This document shows positions 25,102 to 33,568 of a stretch of 64,000 nt of DNA, piece by piece (the first letter of the stretch is position 1; every line of letters starts with the position of its first letter). The notes under the pieces are model-generated. The model was given only the letters and a program-made list of their open reading frames with translations. It made no database searches and was not told the origin of the DNA. The translations under genes and the position numbers were made by a program. This DNA is from an uncultured Alphaproteobacteria bacterium (lineage in GTDB: Bacteria > Pseudomonadota > Alphaproteobacteria > Rhizobiales > Kaistiaceae), in NCBI GenBank assembly GCA_963759235.1, contig CAVWYO010000009.1, forward strand, positions 90,499-154,498, read 5' to 3'.

Positions 25102-28100
25102 CTACCTCTCCCGAGCGGTGATGTGCACCGTAGTCGAAGCGGTGCCGCAGGCAAGGCCCGTGGTGTCGCTCACGGTGAGAGTCACCGGGATGTCGCCGGC
25201 GGTGGTGAGGGTATGGCGGACCCGCTCGCCGATCTCGGTGGCGGTGCCGATCTGCCAGGAGTGGCTGAGCGCCTGACCGTCGGGATCGACGGAAGCGGAG
25301 CCGTCGAGGAGGATCGCGTCGTTGGCGCCGCCGATCCACACTTCGCGGTCGACGCCGGCATTGGCGACCGGGGTGGCGTCGACCATCACCGTCATGGTGT
25401 CGGTGGTGGCCGAGCAGCTCGAGCCGGCGTCGTCGATCACCGTCAGCTTCACCGGATAGGTGCCCGGCTTGGCGAAGACATGATCGACCTTACTGCCGTC
25501 CGCCGTGCCGCCGTCGCCGAAATCCCATTGATAGGCGGTGATCGTGCCGTCGGGGTCCTTCGATTCGCCGGCGTCGAAGGCGACCGTGTCGCCGGGACAC
25601 GCCATCTGGTCGGGGCCGGCCTCGGCATGGGGCGGCTGGTTGACGTGGACGATGCGGGTCGCCTGCTGACGGCTGTTCAACTGGCCGTTGCCGTCATCGG
25701 CAAGCAGCAGCAGGCTGTACCAGCCCGGGCTCGCATAAGCGTGCGACGCTTCGGCGGAATCGGCCTTGGCGCCGTCGCCGAAGGCCCAACCGAAGCTCGC
25801 CCGGTCACCGCCAGCGGTTCCGTCGGCCCGCCACGCGACCGTCTCGGCGACGCAGGCGACGGCCGGGCCGTCGATGGCCGGCGCCGGGGCCGGATTGACG
25901 GTGACGGCCACCACGTCACTGGCCGAGGAGTTGGCGAGGTCGGCGTCGTCGCGGACGGTCAGCTTCGCCTCATAGGTTCCGGCTTGCCGATAGCGGTGGC
26001 GCGCCTCGATGCCGGTCGCGGTGGCGCCGTCGCCGAAGTCCCATTCATAGGAGACGATGCCGCCGTCCGGATCGCCCGACGCCGAACCGTCGAAAACCAC
26101 CGCCTCGTCGATGGCGGCCTCTCTGTCGGCGCCGGCGTCGGCCACCGGCGGCGCGTTGACGGTGATCAGGTGCTGGGTCGAGATCTTCTGGCAGGTCGGC
26201 GAGGTCGAATCGCTGGCAAGCGTCAGCGAGACCGGATAGGTGCCGGCCTTGGCGTAGCGGTGCGAGACGCTGACGCCGCTCGCCGTCTCGCCGTCGCCAA
26301 AGTCCCACTGGTAGCCGGTGATCTTGCCGTCGGTCATGTAGGACTGCGAAGCGTCGAAGGTCGTCGTCTCGGTGATCGGCACCGCCGACGGGGCGTCGAT
26401 GACCGGCACCGGGCCCTCGATGATCGTCACCTTGATCTCGTCGCTGGAGGTGGCCGAACAGATGCCCGCCTTCTCGCCTTCGATGTTGAGGAAGACGCGG
26501 TAGACGCCGGGCCGGTCATAGATGTGGACCGGCGTCTCGCCGCCGCCGGAATTGCCGTCGCCGAAGTCCCAGGTGAAGCTGTTGACCACCCCGTCGATGT
26601 CGGTGGAGGCGGAGCCGTCGAAGGCGACCTCCGCCCTGGCGCAGGCGAGAATGTCGGTGCCGGCATGGGCGACCGGGCCCTGGTCGACGCGGACGGCGAG
26701 CTCGGACGACGTGGTGTCGTTGGGCAGGCCGGAATCATCCTTGACCGTCAGCTTGACCGGATAGGTGCCGCCCTTCGAATAGGTCTTGGTCGGGTTGACG
26801 ATGTCGGAGCCGGTGCCGTCGCCGAAGCTCCACGCGTAGCGGAGCACGCCGCCTTCCGGATCGGAGGAGCGGCTGCCGTCGAGGACGACGATGTCGCCGG
26901 TGCACACCCGCTGGTTCTCGCCGGCCACCGCCACCGGGGCGCGATTGATCTTCACGTCGATCGCCGTCCGCGCCGTGGCGTTGGAAAGCCCGGTGCCGTC
27001 GTCGACCACCAGCACGACCGGGTAGCTGCCGCCCTGGTCATAAGTGTGGGTGACGACCGCGCCCTCGGCCTTGGCGCCGTCGCCGAAGTCCCAGGAATAG
27101 GTCAGCGGATTGCCGTCGCCGTCGACGGAACGGGTGCCGTCGAGGGTGACGGTCGACTTGTCGGTGAAGATATCGGGACCGGCGTCGGCCACCGGCTGGT
27201 GGTTGACCGCGATCTGCAGCGAATCGGTCGCCACCGCGTTCACCGCACCGCTGTCGTCGGTGACAGTGAGCTGGGCGGTATAGATGCCAGGCTTGTCGAA
27301 GGTGCGGGCGATCTCGGCGCCTTCGATCGGCTGGTCGAGGTCGCTGAAATCCCAGCGGTAGCTGATCAACCGGCCGTCGGTGTCGAAGGAGTCGGCCGCG
27401 GAAAACTTGATCTCTTCGCCAGGCGCCGAAGCGACGTCGGGGCCGGCGACGGCGACCGGCTGCCGGTTGACGAAGACGGTCGTCTCGTCGTGATCGATCG
27501 CCTCCGACTGCCCGGTGTTGTCGATCACCGTCATGCGGACGAGGTAGGTGCCGGGCTCGGCAAAGGCGTGGCGGACGACCTGACCGGTGGCGGTGGCGCC
27601 GTCGCGGAAGTCCCACTGGTACTCAGCGATGCTGCCGTCCGGATCGAGCGAGCGCGAGCCCTGGAAGGTCAGGGTTTCGCCCGGCGCGCCGATCAGGTCC
27701 GGGCCGGCGTCGGCGATCGGCCGGGCGTTGACGATCACCTCCATCATGTCGCTGGCGCTGGAGCGGACGGTCCCAGAAGCGTCGGTGACCGTCAGCTTGA
27801 CGTCATAGGTGCCGGGCTTGGCGTAGACGTGGGAGGGCGTCGGGCCGTCGCCGGTCTGGCCGTCGCCGAAGTCCCATTGGTAGAGCGCGACCTTGTCGTC
27901 GAGGTCGGTCGAGCCGCTGCCGTCGAAGGCGACCTCGCTGGCGGTGACCAGCTGATCCGGGCCGGCATTGGCGACCGGCGGTTCGTTGACCCGGACCCAC
28001 AGCCTATCGGTGGCCGTACTGGTGTCGGTGGTGGAGTCGTCGGTGATCGTCAAAGTCACGGTGTAGACGCCCGACTGGGCATAGCTGTGGGTCGTCTGGG

Positions 28101-29934
28101 CGCCGCCGCCGGTCGCGCCGTCGCCGAAATTCCATTCATAGGAGATCAGCCGGCCGTCGCGGTCGAAGCTCGCGCCGGCGTCGAAATGGGTCGGCTCCTC
28201 GATGGCAACGGATTTGTCGTCGCCCGCCGCGGCGATCGGCGGATCGTTGACGATGACGGTGAGGATATCGGTGTCGCCGCTGTTGGCGACGTCGGAGTTG
28301 TCGCGGACGTTGAGCGTGACGGTATAGGTGCCCGGCTTCGCATAGCTGTGGGGGACCGTCGCGCCGGTGCCGGTCTGGCCGTCGCCGAAATCCCAATTGT
28401 AGGTGACGATGGTGCCGTCGGAATCGGTGCTGGCGCCGGCATCGAAGACGGTTTCCTCACCGATCGAGATGCGCCGGTCGGGCCCGGCGGCGGCAACCGG
28501 CTTGGCGTTGACGCGGACCGCGAACTCCTCGGAGGCGGTGTTGCAGGGATGGCCGGAGTCGTCGATGACGGTGTGCTTGACGGTGTAGGTGCCGGGTTCG
28601 GCATAAGCATGGGTGACGGTGGGGCCTTCGACGGTCGTGCCGTCGCCGAAGTCCCATATGTTGTGGGCGATCTGCCACTGGCGGGCGGTCGACGGCGCGC
28701 CGTCGAAGGTGTTGGTCTCGCCGGCGGCGACGAGGGTGCGCTTCTCCGATCCGGCGACCGGCGGATTCTTGACGAAGACCGGGATGTTTTCCGCCGAACC
28801 GTTGCCGAGCTGCGGGGCGTTGTCGAACACCTCCAGGATGGCGGTGAAATGCCCTTCCTCCTGGTACTGGTGGACGGTGGTGATCGCCTGTTCGCTCTGG
28901 CCGTCGCCGAAGTACCAGACATAGCTGAGCGGGTCGCCTTCCGGATCGGAGGACACCGCGCCGCTGAACTTGACCGTCGTGCAGGTGCCCATGGTGTCGG
29001 CGACGCCGAAGGCGCGCGGCCTGCCGTTCAGGTCGAAGATGCGGGGCGGCAGGTCGAACGGGATCAATTCGCCGGCCTGGGTGGTGACGTAGAACGTCGC
29101 GTCGTTGGGGTATTCGTGACCGCCGCTCAGCGTGACGGCGGCCATCTTGCCGCGATCGTTCGGCCGGATCGGCACCGTCGTCACCGCCCAGTCGCCCTGG
29201 CCGGACGCCTCGAGCGGGTAGGAGACGAACTTGGTGGTGAGGAACGCCTCGCCGGCGGCGGCGTCGAAATTGCCGACGGTGATCGCCTCGGCGTCGTCCG
29301 GCACCATGAAGCGCAATTCGGTGATGACCCCGCGGCGCGGCATGCGGGCGCTGGTGGTGTAGGAGAAGATGCTGAGGCCTTCCGGCGCGACGTTGTCGTT
29401 GGTGTCGCTGCTCAGCGTCACGTCGTAGACGTTGCCGTCATCGCCGTGGGTGCCCTCGACGAGGAGGCGAAAGACGATGCGGTCGTCCACCCGGTCGCCC
29501 TGAGCCGGATCGACCTCGGCAATCGTCACCCACTTGCCGTCGGTGTTGCGGTCGACGCGGTAGGCGACGTCGGCCAGCAGATCGCCCGCCGTCCGCTCGG
29601 CGTCGCTGATCGTCTTGAAGTCCGCCGGCGGGGGCACGTAGGCGCCCGGTCCGCCGAACACGGCGTAGCGCATGCGGGTATTGGCATGGCCCTCGACCTG
29701 GTCGAAAGCCCCGCCGGTGTCGGGATCGAACACCCTGACATAAAGCTTTCCCGAGGCGGTGGCGGGAACGCTGAGATAGATCACCTGAGCGTGGTCGTTA
29801 TCGCCCTGACGCGGAGCCGCCAGCTTGCCGTAGGTGACAAGCAGCGGTTGCGTCGCGTCCTGGGCCGCCGCGGCCGCCGGTATCAGCGCGGCGGCCGCCA
29901 GAGCCAGGACTGCGAATTTGGTGGAACGGCGCAT
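25102..29934 (-). CDS. secreted giant protein (1610 aa): signal peptide, about 340-aa unassigned N-terminal region, 15 tandem PKD domains
   Basis: ATG 29934 (MRRSTKFAVLALAAAALIPAAAAAQD). There are 15 repeats with the core W[DNS]FGDG...H.Y..PG.Y.V.L.V.D (for example YNWDFGDGQTGTGATVPHSYAKPGTYTVTLNVRDN). Confidence 0.9.
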   Translation of the reverse strand: MRRSTKFAVLALAAAALIPAAAAAQDATQPLLVTYGKLAAPRQGDNDHAQVIYLSVPATASGKLYVRVFDPDTGGAFDQVEGHANTRMRYAVFGGPGAYVPPPADFKTISDAERTAGDLLADVAYRVDRNTDGKWVTIAEVDPAQGDRVDDRIVFRLLVEGTHGDDGNVYDVTLSSDTNDNVAPEGLSIFSYTTSARMPRRGVITELRFMVPDDAEAITVGNFDAAAGEAFLTTKFVSYPLEASGQGDWAVTTVPIRPNDRGKMAAVTLSGGHEYPNDATFYVTTQAGELIPFDLPPRIFDLNGRPRAFGVADTMGTCTTVKFSGAVSSDPEGDPLSYVWYFGDGQSEQAITTVHQYQEEGHFTAILEVFDNAPQLGNGSAENIPVFVKNPPVAGSEKRTLVAAGETNTFDGAPSTARQWQIAHNIWDFGDGTTVEGPTVTHAYAEPGTYTVKHTVIDDSGHPCNTASEEFAVRVNAKPVAAAGPDRRISIGEETVFDAGASTDSDGTIVTYNWDFGDGQTGTGATVPHSYAKPGTYTVTLNVRDNSDVANSGDTDILTVIVNDPPIAAAGDDKSVAIEEPTHFDAGASFDRDGRLISYEWNFGDGATGGGAQTTHSYAQSGVYTVTLTITDDSTTDTSTATDRLWVRVNEPPVANAGPDQLVTASEVAFDGSGSTDLDDKVALYQWDFGDGQTGDGPTPSHVYAKPGTYDVKLTVTDASGTVRSSASDMMEVIVNARPIADAGPDLIGAPGETLTFQGSRSLDPDGSIAEYQWDFRDGATATGQVVRHAFAEPGTYLVRMTVIDNTGQSEAIDHDETTVFVNRQPVAVAGPDVASAPGEEIKFSAADSFDTDGRLISYRWDFSDLDQPIEGAEIARTFDKPGIYTAQLTVTDDSGAVNAVATDSLQIAVNHQPVADAGPDIFTDKSTVTLDGTRSVDGDGNPLTYSWDFGDGAKAEGAVVTHTYDQGGSYPVVLVVDDGTGLSNATARTAIDVKINRAPVAVAGENQRVCTGDIVVLDGSRSSDPEGGVLRYAWSFGDGTGSDIVNPTKTYSKGGTYPVKLTVKDDSGLPNDTTSSELAVRVDQGPVAHAGTDILACARAEVAFDGSASTDIDGVVNSFTWDFGDGNSGGGETPVHIYDRPGVYRVFLNIEGEKAGICSATSSDEIKVTIIEGPVPVIDAPSAVPITETTTFDASQSYMTDGKITGYQWDFGDGETASGVSVSHRYAKAGTYPVSLTLASDSTSPTCQKISTQHLITVNAPPVADAGADREAAIDEAVVFDGSASGDPDGGIVSYEWDFGDGATATGIEARHRYRQAGTYEAKLTVRDDADLANSSASDVVAVTVNPAPAPAIDGPAVACVAETVAWRADGTAGGDRASFGWAFGDGAKADSAEASHAYASPGWYSLLLLADDGNGQLNSRQQATRIVHVNQPPHAEAGPDQMACPGDTVAFDAGESKDPDGTITAYQWDFGDGGTADGSKVDHVFAKPGTYPVKLTVIDDAGSSCSATTDTMTVMVDATPVANAGVDREVWIGGANDAILLDGSASVDPDGQALSHSWQIGTATEIGERVRHTLTTAGDIPVTLTVSDTTGLACGTASTTVHITARER
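25105..28900 (-). repeat. about 270-bp periodic coding repeats (15 PKD modules)
   Basis: I counted 15 W-FGDG-type cores in the translated product. The repeats are diverged at the DNA level and are coding. Confidence 0.85.
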
Positions 29935-29965
29935 CAGGCTTGTCTCGTGTTCGGGGTCCGGGGGA

Positions 29966-32353
29966 TCACTGAATCTGGAAGACCCGGCTGTTGCCGGCGT
30001 CGTCCTGGAGTTCGATCTGAGCAAGGCGGGCCGTCGCCAACATCTCCTGGGGGATGACGACCGAGCCCTGGTAGCGCTGCGCGGCGCGATTGTAGCGAAG
30101 GTAGCCGGTGTAATTCTGATCGCCGGCGACGACGACGAAAGGTGCCGCCTTGGCGAGACCGCTGGCGTCCTCGGCGACTACCTCGATCGCCAGCACCGCC
30201 TGGCCGCCGCTGTCTGCCGGGGCGCCGCCGGCACTGACCAGCTTCGGCGGATCCTGGTCGAGGATGACCACCGACTTGTCGACCTTGACGTTGCCGGCCG
30301 GGTCGGTGGCGATCAGATCGACGGCGTTGCTGCCGGGCTGGAGAGACACCGTCTCATCGAAGCGGCCGCCGTCAAGTGTCAGCTCCGTGCCGTTCAGCGT
30401 CAGCGTCGCGTCGGGGTCGGTGGTGCCGGCGATGCGGATCGTCGCATCGGCGGTCAGGCGCGGCGGGAACTGGTCGAGGACGATCTCGGGAGCCTGCCGG
30501 TCGACCGTCACGGCAAAATTCTCGACGGTGGTGAAGCCGGACGGGGCGATGACGGCGAAGCCGAACGTTTCGTCGTCGCCGGTGAGCGGAACGTTGACGC
30601 GGAAGACCCCATCGCCGCCGCTAACCGCCGAGGCGCGGACGGCATCGGCGGAGCGCACCTCGATCTGGGCATTGGGCGTGGTGGTGCCGTTCAGCGAGAT
30701 GACGTCGCCATTGGCGAGGAAGTGGAGGGGCGCGGTGCGGCGGATCGCCGGATCGAACGCGACCACCGAGGCCTCGTCCGGCATATAGACGAAACGCCGC
30801 TCCTGGGTCGTCTCGTTGCCGGCCGGATCGGTGGCGACGAAGGTCAAGGTGTTGTCGCCGGTGGCGGCGTCGATGGTTGTCGCGAAGCCGCCGTTCGCGT
30901 CGACCGCGACGGGCGCGCCGTTGATGGTCACCACCGCGCCCGGCTCGCTCTCGCCGGTGACGGACAGCGAGGCCTTGCGGAGGATCACGCCCGGGGCGGG
31001 GCTTTCGATCTTGAGGAAGGGCGGCGTGTTGTCGGGCGCGACGCGGAAACTGAACGCATCGCTCCGCACGCCCGGCAGGCCGAAGCCGTCGAGGGCCGAG
31101 ACGCGCCAGAAGTATTCGCCGATGTCGAGCGGCTTGGTGGTCTGGGTCGGCCCGGCGACGCCGAAATCGTTCTCGACGATGCGATCGAAGTTCTGGTCGG
31201 TCGAAATCTCGATCCAGTAGCCGGCCGCCCCGTCGACCGGCGACCAGGCGAGCTCGGGGGTCGTCACATAGACGCTGGCGTTGTCGGCCGGCGCCGACAG
31301 TTGCGGCGTCGGCAGCACGGCGAGCTTCTCCCGGGGCTTCTTGCCCTGGTCGACGACGGTGCCCTCGTTCTTGCCGAGGGTGACGGTCCCGCCGGCCGCG
31401 GCAACCGCGACCGGCCGCTCGTCGTAGTTGGCGAATTTGGCGCTGTCCTTGGCGTTGCTCACCCAGAAATTGCCGGAGTCGATCACCGCGTTGACGTTCG
31501 GAATCTCGACGTCGAAATGGCTTCGGTCATTGCCGTCGCCGGAGAGCAGCGCATAGAAGTCGCCTTCGACCAGGCTGACCTTGGCCTCCTCGGTCTTGTT
31601 GAGCGGATCGAACCGCATCTGCCTGATGATGGCGTTGGAGTTGGCGTTGAGCCGAAGGCGGCTGGCGTCGCGGAAGGTGATCTGCGCGGTCGAGTCGGAA
31701 AGGGTGCGGACCTTCTCCTCCTCGATGAGGATCGTCCTCAGCTGCAGGCCGCGCCAGGAGAGATCTTCCGGCCGCTGTCCTTCGACGGCGCCGGAGCGGT
31801 CGGAAACCAGAGCCTCCGCCGCCTGATCGCGGTTGGCCTTGGAGATGGCGATCGCCGAGGTCGCCTGGTCGAACGAGGCAAGGGCAAGGTCCTTGGTCTC
31901 GATCCATTGACGCGCCACCCGTTTCTCGAGCGCCTGCTCGTGCAGGTCGAGCGCCCGGCCGATTTCATCCGGCGCGAAGATCTGGGCACCGGCGAGATTG
32001 GCTTTCTGGATCTGCCCGAGCGCCTCGATCAGCGCCTGATTGGCGGTGGTGATCTCGCTGACCGGGATCTTGAGCTCCATGCCGGGATGAAGGTCGGCGA
32101 TCGACTCGACGCCGGAGGAGCGGAGAATCTCCGGCCAGAGGTCGGGATCGCTCAGATATTTCTCCGCGACCTGCCGGATCGTTTCGTCGCTGCCGATGGT
32201 TACGGTGATGTAGTCGCCGTCCTGGGCTCGGGCGGCCGCGCCCAGCCACATCGTCGCAAGGGCGGCGCCAACCAGGGCGGCCCTCAGACAGCCGAAAAGC
32301 AATCCCCGCGCTGGTTCCTCGCCGCCGAAGACCCTTCGCAACACCCGGCACAT
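29966..32353 (-). CDS. secreted LysM-like + FecR-like domain protein with FN3/Ig-like modules (795 aa)
   Basis: Signal-like LLFGCLRAALVGAALATMWLGAAARAQD. LysM-like YITVTIGSDETIRQVAEKYLSDPDLWPEILRSSGVESIADLHPGMELKIP. FecR-like AQITFRDASRLRLNANSNAIIRQMRF...AKVSLVEGDFYALL. FN3-like LAWSPVDGAAGYWIEISTDQNF...YFWRVSALD. Ig-like repeats follow (TLTFVATDPAGNETT, AVDLIATDPAGNVKV). Confidence 0.8.
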   Translation of the reverse strand: MCRVLRRVFGGEEPARGLLFGCLRAALVGAALATMWLGAAARAQDGDYITVTIGSDETIRQVAEKYLSDPDLWPEILRSSGVESIADLHPGMELKIPVSEITTANQALIEALGQIQKANLAGAQIFAPDEIGRALDLHEQALEKRVARQWIETKDLALASFDQATSAIAISKANRDQAAEALVSDRSGAVEGQRPEDLSWRGLQLRTILIEEEKVRTLSDSTAQITFRDASRLRLNANSNAIIRQMRFDPLNKTEEAKVSLVEGDFYALLSGDGNDRSHFDVEIPNVNAVIDSGNFWVSNAKDSAKFANYDERPVAVAAAGGTVTLGKNEGTVVDQGKKPREKLAVLPTPQLSAPADNASVYVTTPELAWSPVDGAAGYWIEISTDQNFDRIVENDFGVAGPTQTTKPLDIGEYFWRVSALDGFGLPGVRSDAFSFRVAPDNTPPFLKIESPAPGVILRKASLSVTGESEPGAVVTINGAPVAVDANGGFATTIDAATGDNTLTFVATDPAGNETTQERRFVYMPDEASVVAFDPAIRRTAPLHFLANGDVISLNGTTTPNAQIEVRSADAVRASAVSGGDGVFRVNVPLTGDDETFGFAVIAPSGFTTVENFAVTVDRQAPEIVLDQFPPRLTADATIRIAGTTDPDATLTLNGTELTLDGGRFDETVSLQPGSNAVDLIATDPAGNVKVDKSVVILDQDPPKLVSAGGAPADSGGQAVLAIEVVAEDASGLAKAAPFVVVAGDQNYTGYLRYNRAAQRYQGSVVIPQEMLATARLAQIELQDDAGNSRVFQIQ

Positions 32354-32544
32354 GCTTCCGCCGTCCCGTTCCCCTCACCGGGGGTTTAGTCCGCCTCGCC
32401 TCGGGATTTAAGCAAGCATGCCGGCGACTTAATTGCAATTCGTTCGCCCGCACATTGTGAACCAATATGAGGCTTTCGAGCCGCCGCCGATCGGGCCGGG
32501 CGACCGCGGGGAATTGCCGGGGCCGGGCCAAATTAAAGCTTTCT

Positions 32545-32570
32545 GGAACATTTCCGGCTATCCTCCGGTT
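32545..32570 (+). promoter_or_regulatory. possible EcfG/general-stress-type promoter (GGAAC-N17-GGTT)
   Basis: GGAAC at 32545-32549 and GGTT at 67-70, about 60 nt upstream of the DUF883 gene. The alphaproteobacterial EcfG consensus is GGAAC-N16-17-CGTT, so this has one mismatch. Confidence 0.4.
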
Positions 32571-32629
32571 GAATATCCGCCCGACAAAGAAGCATATCCC
32601 GCAATGGACGGGGCGAGAGGGAGACAGTC

Positions 32630-32971
32630 ATGGCTACCAGTGCGGACAAGGAAATGGCCGAAAGCCTCGACAGGATTCGCGCCGATATCGCGGCCCTGTC
32701 GGATACCGTGAAGACTTTGGTGTCGGATACCGCCGGCATCCAGTCGACGCTGAAGACCAAGCTGAACGACACCGCCCGGCACGCCGCGTCCATAGGCGAG
32801 AAGGCCATTCACGAGGCGACCGACATGGGCAGCGAAGCGTTCCACGCCGCCGCCAAGCACGCGACGGAGGCGGTCGAAAATATCGAAGTGAAGATCACCC
32901 GCAATCCGATGACCTCGGTCATGATCGCGCTGGGACTGGGGTTCGCGATCGGCCTTCTCCATCGCCGGTGA
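32630..32971 (+). CDS. DUF883 (ElaB/YqjD/YgaM-like) tail-anchored stress protein, 113 aa
   Basis: Helical N-terminus and a C-terminal motif ...ITRNPMTSVMIALGLGFAIGLLHRR, typical of the family. Confidence 0.8.
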   Translation: MATSADKEMAESLDRIRADIAALSDTVKTLVSDTAGIQSTLKTKLNDTARHAASIGEKAIHEATDMGSEAFHAAAKHATEAVENIEVKITRNPMTSVMIALGLGFAIGLLHRR

Positions 32972-32978
32972 CGGAGCC

Positions 32979-33410
32979 GTGACCCTCGGGGGCCTGTTCA
33001 AGGCGGCCGGCATCGGCGCCAGCCTGGCGCGGAGCGAGGTCAAGGCGGCGATGCGCAGAGCCGCCCGGCAGGCGGCCTTCGCCATCGTCGTGGTGTCGCT
33101 CCTGGTGCTTGCGTTCGGCTTCGGGCTCGGTGCCTTTGCCGTCTGGCTCTCGCACGAGATCGGCACGGTCCGGGCGCTCGCATTCATCGCCCTCGGCTTC
33201 GTCGTTCTGGCGTTGATCGCCTACATCATCTGGCAGGCCTCCGGCCGAGGCGCATCGAGACGGCGTCGCGGCCGGTCGCCGATTGCCGAGGCGCTCAACC
33301 TCGACAGGAACGCGGACGGCGAGGAACCGCCTCAAGGCTCGGTCCTCGGCTCGCTGGCGGTGGTGGCGCTGGTCGGATACCTGCTCGGCCGGCAGATCTT
33401 TCGGCGCTGA
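32979..33410 (+). CDS. YqjE-like (phage-holin-3/DUF1469-like) membrane protein, 143 aa
   Basis: GTG start 8 nt after the DUF883 stop. Two long hydrophobic helices (AAFAIVVVSLLVLAFGFGLGAFAVWL, ALAFIALGFVVLALIAYIIW). The gene order mirrors E. coli yqjD-yqjE. Confidence 0.6.
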   Translation: MTLGGLFKAAGIGASLARSEVKAAMRRAARQAAFAIVVVSLLVLAFGFGLGAFAVWLSHEIGTVRALAFIALGFVVLALIAYIIWQASGRGASRRRRGRSPIAEALNLDRNADGEEPPQGSVLGSLAVVALVGYLLGRQIFRR

Positions 33411-33445
33411 CTCACGGCCCGAACCTCCTCGTTACCGATCGCGAC

Positions 33446-33485
33446 GTCCGGGTGTCCGGCCCCGGACGGAACCTTTCTCGGTTCC
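33446..33485 (+). terminator. two consecutive GC-rich hairpins after the YqjE-like gene
   Basis: GTCCGG-N10-CCGGAC (33446-33467), then GGAACC-TTTCTC-GGTTCC (33468-33485). No clear T-run. Confidence 0.3.
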
Positions 33486-33568
33486 GGCCGTTGTCGTTGT
33501 GGCCGCCAGCCCTTTTCCGGGATTGCGGCCGTTTTTCCGGTGCGCTGACGCGGTGGGAGGCGACAAAC

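Noticed and set aside
23280-25121. 613-aa plus ORF. Similar cases: 29834..32389 (851 aa), 35532..37259 (575 aa), 38629..39951 (440 aa), 45737..46849 (370 aa), 55129..57179.
   Set aside because: All are mirror frames of well-supported genes on the opposite strand. Their composition is dominated by R, G, D, A and H, and I recognise no motifs.
25105-28900. Regular ~270-bp periodicity, considered as a possible CRISPR-like or non-coding tandem array
   Set aside because: The period equals one PKD domain, and the repeats are diverged and in-frame inside a single long ORF. No short identical direct repeats with unique spacers were seen here or in the intergenic regions I inspected.
24349-30057. 1902-aa plus-strand ORF, the longest in the track
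   Set aside because: It is antisense to the cyclase and PKD genes. Its product is a low-complexity G/R/D/A/V string (…GRRGRIAGKRQRDRIGAGLGVAVRD…) with no start context. This is the classic mirror-frame ORF of a high-GC gene, and the minus-strand product has clear PKD repeats and a signal peptide.
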